From an uncultured Rhodospirillales bacterium (GTDB lineage Bacteria; Pseudomonadota; Alphaproteobacteria; Rhodospirillales; UBA2165): DNA of 64,000 nt. The translations under genes were made by a program, and so were the position numbers. The notes beneath the pieces were generated by a model. That model was not told where the DNA came from. It saw nothing but the letters and a program-made list of their open reading frames with translations, and searched no databases. Each line of letters opens with the position of its first letter. Position 1 is the stretch's first letter. Shown here piece by piece: positions 59,420-64,000 of this stretch. Location of the stretch: the NCBI GenBank assembly GCA_913055735.1, contig CAJXKD010000003.1:6561-70560 (forward strand). Direction: 5' to 3'.

Positions 59420-60598
59420 GTGAAGATCGTACATGTCATCACACGCTTCATCCGTGGCGGCGCCGATGAGAACACGCTGCTGACATGCCTTGCGCAGGCC
59501 CGTCAGGGTCACGAGGTTACCCTAGTCGTCGGACGGGATTGGCATCCCCAAATGTGCGAACGTTTGGGAACGGCAGTAGCGTTTATCTGTCTTCCCAGCT
59601 TGGTGCGGGAGATCAATCTGCTCAAGGACATTCAGTGTCTTTTGCAGTTGCGCTCTCTTTTCCGCCGTTTGACACCGGACGTCGTTCATACGCACGAAAG
59701 CAAGGCAGGGATCTTGGGAAGGTTTGCCGCCTATGCCGCGAGAGTGCCGGTCATCGTCCACAGTGTACACATCCTGCCTTTCTTGAACGTCGGCAAGTTT
59801 GCCGCATTTTCATATGAAACCCTGGAAAGGATGGCTGGATGGACGACGAACCTTTTCGTCTATGTCAGTCCGGGAATGATGGAGGAATGCCGCGTACGGG
59901 GCATCGGCGCAAGTGCCGGACATGAGGTCATCGAAAGCGGTATCGATGTCGGCCGCTTTGTGACGCCGCCGCCGCCGCATGACGAATCTTCCTTGCTTGC
60001 CCCGCCGAACGAGGGCGGCGGCAAGCCGTTTGTGCTTCTGAGCCTTGCCGTACTGGAGAAACGCAAAGGCCATTCGAAGTTCCTGCCGGTATTTCGTAAG
60101 ATCGTTACAGAGCGTCCCGGTACTATTCTGCTGATCGCCGGAGATGGCAATGAAAGGCCGTCCCTGGAGGCGCAAACCCGTGACCTAACCCTTGAGCGTC
60201 ACGTGCGCTTTCTCGGCTTCAGGGACGACCCCGAAAGTTTGCTGTCGATTGCCGACGTGATGATTGTTTGTTCCGAGCGTGAAGGATTGCCCCGGGCCGT
60301 CGTTCAGGCGGGGATCGCCGGGGTGCCGACTGTTTCCACAGGCTTGCCCGGCATTGAACGGGTCGTGCGACATGGCGAAACCGGCTTCATAGTTCCGATC
60401 GAGGATATTTCGGCGATGAAACGTGCCGTGGTACGCTTGATCGACGAGCCAGCGCTTTTGCATCGTTTCCGGTCTGGTCTCGCGGCGGTCGACTTTGACG
60501 CGTGGAGTCTTAAAAGTACGGGCACCAGAATGCGTGGCGCTTACGTAGCGGCGATTTCGGCGCATGCTAAGCCAATCGATGCTGTTTGCAAAAAGTAG
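59420..60598 (+). CDS. glycosyltransferase family 4 (GT-B)
   Basis: GTG start. N-terminal MKIVHVITRFIRGGADEN. C-terminal EREGLPRAVVQAGIAGVPTVST (E-x7-E region). Confidence 0.85.
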   Translation: MKIVHVITRFIRGGADENTLLTCLAQARQGHEVTLVVGRDWHPQMCERLGTAVAFICLPSLVREINLLKDIQCLLQLRSLFRRLTPDVVHTHESKAGILGRFAAYAARVPVIVHSVHILPFLNVGKFAAFSYETLERMAGWTTNLFVYVSPGMMEECRVRGIGASAGHEVIESGIDVGRFVTPPPPHDESSLLAPPNEGGGKPFVLLSLAVLEKRKGHSKFLPVFRKIVTERPGTILLIAGDGNERPSLEAQTRDLTLERHVRFLGFRDDPESLLSIADVMIVCSEREGLPRAVVQAGIAGVPTVSTGLPGIERVVRHGETGFIVPIEDISAMKRAVVRLIDEPALLHRFRSGLAAVDFDAWSLKSTGTRMRGAYVAAISAHAKPIDAVCKK

Positions 60599-60664
60599 CG
60601 GCCGTCGTACAGGTGGGCTGATCAAGAATAGGGCTGAGCGAGCCTTTCCCGTTGCGCCCGTTTG

Positions 60665-61837
60665 CTAACGGATTCGCTCGGCAAACGATTTCCAAAATTG
60701 CCGGCGGACTTTGTCGAGACGGGAAGCATAAAACCGTTGAGCGGCAACAAAATTGGTTTTCGCTGCCTCCGAACGGAGTTGGGGTGTTTGTGCTAGTTGA
60801 AGCCATTGCTCGGCGAGAATCGTATAGTCGCCAGCCCGATGAATGAAGCGCTCCGGTAGCAATTCGGGCGTGCCGCCGGCGTTCGAGCCAAGAACCGGGC
60901 AACCGCGGCTCATCGCTTCGATCACGGCTCTTGGGAGCCCTTCCTGGAATGACGGCTGCAGATATATGTCTATGTCGTCGAGAAATGCCAAGATTTCTGC
61001 CCCTCTCGGGAGGACACCCCGGAAGACAACGTGTTTTGACAGATCAAGACTTTCGATCAGGTCTCTCCAAAGGTGATCGCCGCCTGGTCCCACGATTTCG
61101 AGCGTCATATCGATGTCGGCATCGCGGACAATGCGAAGGGCCCGGAGAGCGATATCCAGGCCCTTGGTCCGATGCGCGACGTTGGCGATCATGCCGGCTT
61201 TGAGAGGGCGAGCGCCGGCAATATTTTCAAACCTCGTCTCGAGGCATGAATTCGGTGGTTCGGGAATGTCGACGTTCGAAACGGCCGCCTGAGGTGCCGT
61301 CGAAGGATAGCGACGCTGTAGAAAACGGTCAGTGACGTAGAGGACTTGGTCGGCCATACCGACGGCATGGCGCATACGGGCCATTGCAATGGGGGCGTAC
61401 AAACGGCCTTGCCAATTGCTGTGGCGTTTCAACGCATCGAAGGCACATCCGACGACCTCGACGGCGGTGGGACGTTTGACATTTTGGGCCACCCGAACGG
61501 CCGCTATTCCGATTTCACTGGGAAGGCGGGCAATGACAGCGTCATGCTTTTCCAATAATCCTCGGAGCTGCCTATCGATTTCGAATCGGCCGAAGATCAG
61601 TGCCTCCAGGGATGACAAATTAGGTGCGGCGACAAATTCTACGCCGTCTCTCGAACAACGTAGGTGACCGCTCCCGTTGAAATCTGGGCCGGCCTCCGTC
61701 ATTCGGGAGAAAACCGTCATTTCGTCGAATGCCTCGAGATACCGGCCGAGGATCTTCGTATCGAATTGACCTGGTGACACAACGATACCGTCCGGTTGTC
61801 TGACGAAGTGGTGATCGTGCGCGAACAGGACTTTCAC
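60665..61837 (-). CDS. glycosyltransferase family 4 (GT-B)
   Basis: FQEGLPRAVIEAMSRGCPVLGSNAGGTPELL motif. Its start overlaps the stop of the upstream minus-strand GT by 4 nt. Confidence 0.85.
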   Translation of the reverse strand: MKVLFAHDHHFVRQPDGIVVSPGQFDTKILGRYLEAFDEMTVFSRMTEAGPDFNGSGHLRCSRDGVEFVAAPNLSSLEALIFGRFEIDRQLRGLLEKHDAVIARLPSEIGIAAVRVAQNVKRPTAVEVVGCAFDALKRHSNWQGRLYAPIAMARMRHAVGMADQVLYVTDRFLQRRYPSTAPQAAVSNVDIPEPPNSCLETRFENIAGARPLKAGMIANVAHRTKGLDIALRALRIVRDADIDMTLEIVGPGGDHLWRDLIESLDLSKHVVFRGVLPRGAEILAFLDDIDIYLQPSFQEGLPRAVIEAMSRGCPVLGSNAGGTPELLPERFIHRAGDYTILAEQWLQLAQTPQLRSEAAKTNFVAAQRFYASRLDKVRRQFWKSFAERIR

Positions 61838-62973
61838 CTCGGTAGAGCTCCGATCTGACGGAGGACGTGCAGATAAGCGTCCGCGATAGGCTCAATAGAG
61901 AATTCGTAACCACGCCGTATCAACCGATCCGGTTCCCGTGGCTCATCCAATGTCTCGTTCATGGCATCGGCAAAAGCCTCTGCATCCCCGACGGGCACTG
62001 ATCGACCATATTTTCCGTTCGCAAGAATTTCCGATGGGCCATACGGGCAATCGGTACTGACAACTGGTGTGCCGCAAGCGAGAGCTTCTGCTAATACATT
62101 TGCGAATCCTTCGAAGCGGGAAGACAATACGAACAGATCGGCCGCTTTCATAAAGGCGTACGGATTTTCCGCGAAACCGGGCATATCGACGTCTTCTTCG
62201 ATGGAAAGAGAGCGTACCAAGGCTTCCAAGTCTCGCCGGTCTTCGCCTTCGCCGAGAATGATAAGCCGTAGCGGGCGGCGTTGGCGTAGGATCGTAAATG
62301 CATGCAACAGCGTGGGATAGTCCTTTTGCGGGGTGAGTCGGCCGGCCGCCACAAGCACGGGAATGTCATTGTCCGTAAACCAGGGGTGCTGTGGCTCCGC
62401 ATCGCGCTCCCGTTCAAATCCAGGTGCGACGACGGGATTATGGATCACGACGACGGACTCCCGATCGATACACGCCAGCCGGACCAAGGACTCACCGACG
62501 CCTCTGGAAATCGCCACGATCCCATCCGCACGCCTAAGAAGCCGGCGTAAGCCAAATCCGATAAGTCTGTTTCGCCCCCCGGCACCATTTGCACCGAGGA
62601 ACTCAGGGTTGTTTTGTGCCGAGATCAACACCTTCGAAGGGAGCCGGGCAAGGATCCGGCTTACCAAAAGGACAAGGTCGGCATGATAAAGGGCGGATAT
62701 GATAACGGTTGGTCGGCGGCGGCGGGCATATCGCGCCAGTGCAGGGCCGGCGAAGACCATGCGGGGAACGTCTAGGACTTGTTTCGACACCCGTGGATCG
62801 AGCCGATGGAGGTAGTTGCCTGTGCCGCGACATAGAACCATATCTACATCGTGGCCCAGTTCAGCGAAACGGTTGGCAAGGTGCAGCATCGCCCGCTCTG
62901 CCCCGCCTCCGCCAAGCGCGGGTAAGAAAAACGCGATTGGGCTTTGACGACCACCGTTGTGAAGAGAGGTCAC
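61834..62973 (-). CDS. glycosyltransferase family 4 (GT-B)
   Basis: N-terminal GGGGAERAMLHLANRFAELGHDV. C-terminal FEGFANVLAEALACGTPVVSTDCPYGPSEIL. Confidence 0.85.
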   Translation of the reverse strand: MTSLHNGGRQSPIAFFLPALGGGGAERAMLHLANRFAELGHDVDMVLCRGTGNYLHRLDPRVSKQVLDVPRMVFAGPALARYARRRRPTVIISALYHADLVLLVSRILARLPSKVLISAQNNPEFLGANGAGGRNRLIGFGLRRLLRRADGIVAISRGVGESLVRLACIDRESVVVIHNPVVAPGFERERDAEPQHPWFTDNDIPVLVAAGRLTPQKDYPTLLHAFTILRQRRPLRLIILGEGEDRRDLEALVRSLSIEEDVDMPGFAENPYAFMKAADLFVLSSRFEGFANVLAEALACGTPVVSTDCPYGPSEILANGKYGRSVPVGDAEAFADAMNETLDEPREPDRLIRRGYEFSIEPIADAYLHVLRQIGALPR

Positions 62974-63063
62974 GCGAGTTCTTACCGTTTACTTACCTGA
63001 TCAGAGTGCAAGCTCATCGTTGAAATATCTCGACAGTGATATTTTTGCTTTTTTCACTCTATT

Positions 63064-64000
63064 TCATTTCCACTTTCGACAACGGTCACGGGCTAGAATG
63101 CAGGTGGCTTGAGGGACAATACTCTCCATATTTGGATTATTTTTTGCTAATACAGATAAATCCGATTCCCAAGGCACGATCAAGAAGCGGAATGCTTGAG
63201 AATTCAAAAAATTCCCCTTCTTCGGAGCCGAACCCCAATTTCGATAACAAATAGTAGAATAACCTGTATCCCCCATAGGCCGCCAATAAAAAGACGTGAA
63301 CTTGGTTTTTGCCGATACTATTTCCGACCTGCGCAAAGGGTTGTCAGAACCACGGTCGGCCATTCTTGCTGTTCGCCATATATTCATTAACCAATACATT
63401 GGGGCGCTTAAATAACGTTCAATCAGAATCATAGTGCCGCCAGGTTTCAAAACGCGGACAATCTCATCGATCGCATCGGGCCGTTTGCAATGATGGATGG
63501 TTGCGCGTGAAAAAACGAAATCGAATGCGTCGTCTTCAAACGGCAGGGTTTCGGCGGGGGCCGTGTGGAAGAAAACGCGATCTTGGTAGTCCGTGCCATG
63601 GGCGGCGTCTATTGCCCGGATACGTTCCAAGCAAAGCCGCTGGGACGCTGCCGAAACCTCAACTTGGTCCACCCGAGCGGGGCCATCAAATATCCAGTAG
63701 ATCAGATCCTTGCCCGATCCGCCGATATCCAAAATACGCTTGTCTGATAGGTCAAGTGATATGCCCGACTTCTCAACCGCTTGGCGGATCACCAGATAGC
63801 GCTCGTACCAAACTTTCACACCTCGTACCCGTTGGGCGGCTACTCGAGAAAGCGCCTCGATTTCCCGGTTGGCCCAGTTGTCCCAGATTGTGGCCTCGTC
63901 TTCGGCGAGGGCCAGCAGATCGTCGCTAACTGGAAAGCACCGCCAATCGTAGGCAACACAGCGTTCGGCCCCATGCCATTGGCCTATTTCCTGCCCCTGT
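63064..64000 (-). CDS. class I SAM-dependent methyltransferase (possibly 5'-partial at window edge)
   Basis: SAM motif I ILDIGGSG and post-I/II motifs (FDFVFS, LKPGGTMILIE). The tracked ORF starts at GTG 63819, but the same frame stays open to nt 63999 (…DEATIWDNWANREIEALSRVAAQRVRG-VKVW…). The true start may therefore lie beyond the window. Confidence 0.75.
   Translation of the reverse strand, partial: QGQEIGQWHGAERCVAYDWRCFPVSDDLLALAEDEATIWDNWANREIEALSRVAAQRVRGVKVWYERYLVIRQAVEKSGISLDLSDKRILDIGGSGKDLIYWIFDGPARVDQVEVSAASQRLCLERIRAIDAAHGTDYQDRVFFHTAPAETLPFEDDAFDFVFSRATIHHCKRPDAIDEIVRVLKPGGTMILIERYLSAPMYWLMNIWRTARMADRGSDNPLRRSEIVSAKTKFTSFYWRPMGDTGYSTICYRNWGSAPKKGNFLNSQAFRFLIVPWESDLSVLAKNNPNMESIVPQATCILARDRCRKWK

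Overview
GC-rich bacterial chromosomal window, probably alphaproteobacterial (inferred only from a Paracoccus-like soxRS/VWXYZABCD-cytochrome-soxF gene order). I see four blocks. (i) 1-20.3 kb is a tightly packed, translationally coupled + strand operon that is open at the 5' window edge. It encodes three giant proteins (971, 1532 and 1856 aa) that I cannot place in any family. Two of them carry many GPTG / Gly-X-Thr collagen-like micro-repeats. The operon also holds three tandem HNH nuclease paralogues (CxYCE...EH...CxxCNxxK type) and ends with a fused GT4-GT2 glycosyltransferase. This is my top candidate for an undescribed system. (ii) 20.3-32.4 kb encodes a ~3087-aa protein with a Sec signal peptide, five diverged ~1.0-1.35 kb internal repeats, coiled coils, and a C-terminal lectin array (two ricin-B trefoils, a six-blade tectonin-like propeller, a DM9-like pair). 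It is convergent with an orphan TPR-lipoprotein::secretin fusion. The pair is bracketed by two copies of a 54-nt element, each followed by an intrinsic terminator, and a tRNA-3'-like fragment lies at one border. (iii) 32.4-48.1 kb holds an MBL hydrolase, a membrane protein, a beta-carbonic anhydrase, GlcG-like and YeeE-like proteins, and a near-complete sox thiosulfate-oxidation locus with a flavocytochrome-c sulfide dehydrogenase. (iv) 48.1-64 kb is an exopolysaccharide locus: O-antigen-ligase-like protein, OM barrel, Wza-like exporter, Wzc-like tyrosine kinase, priming sugar transferase, three GT4 enzymes and a methyltransferase that is open at the 3' window edge. I recognised no rRNA, intact tRNA, CRISPR array, transposase or integrase. 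All family assignments come from reading motifs by eye, and no database search was possible.
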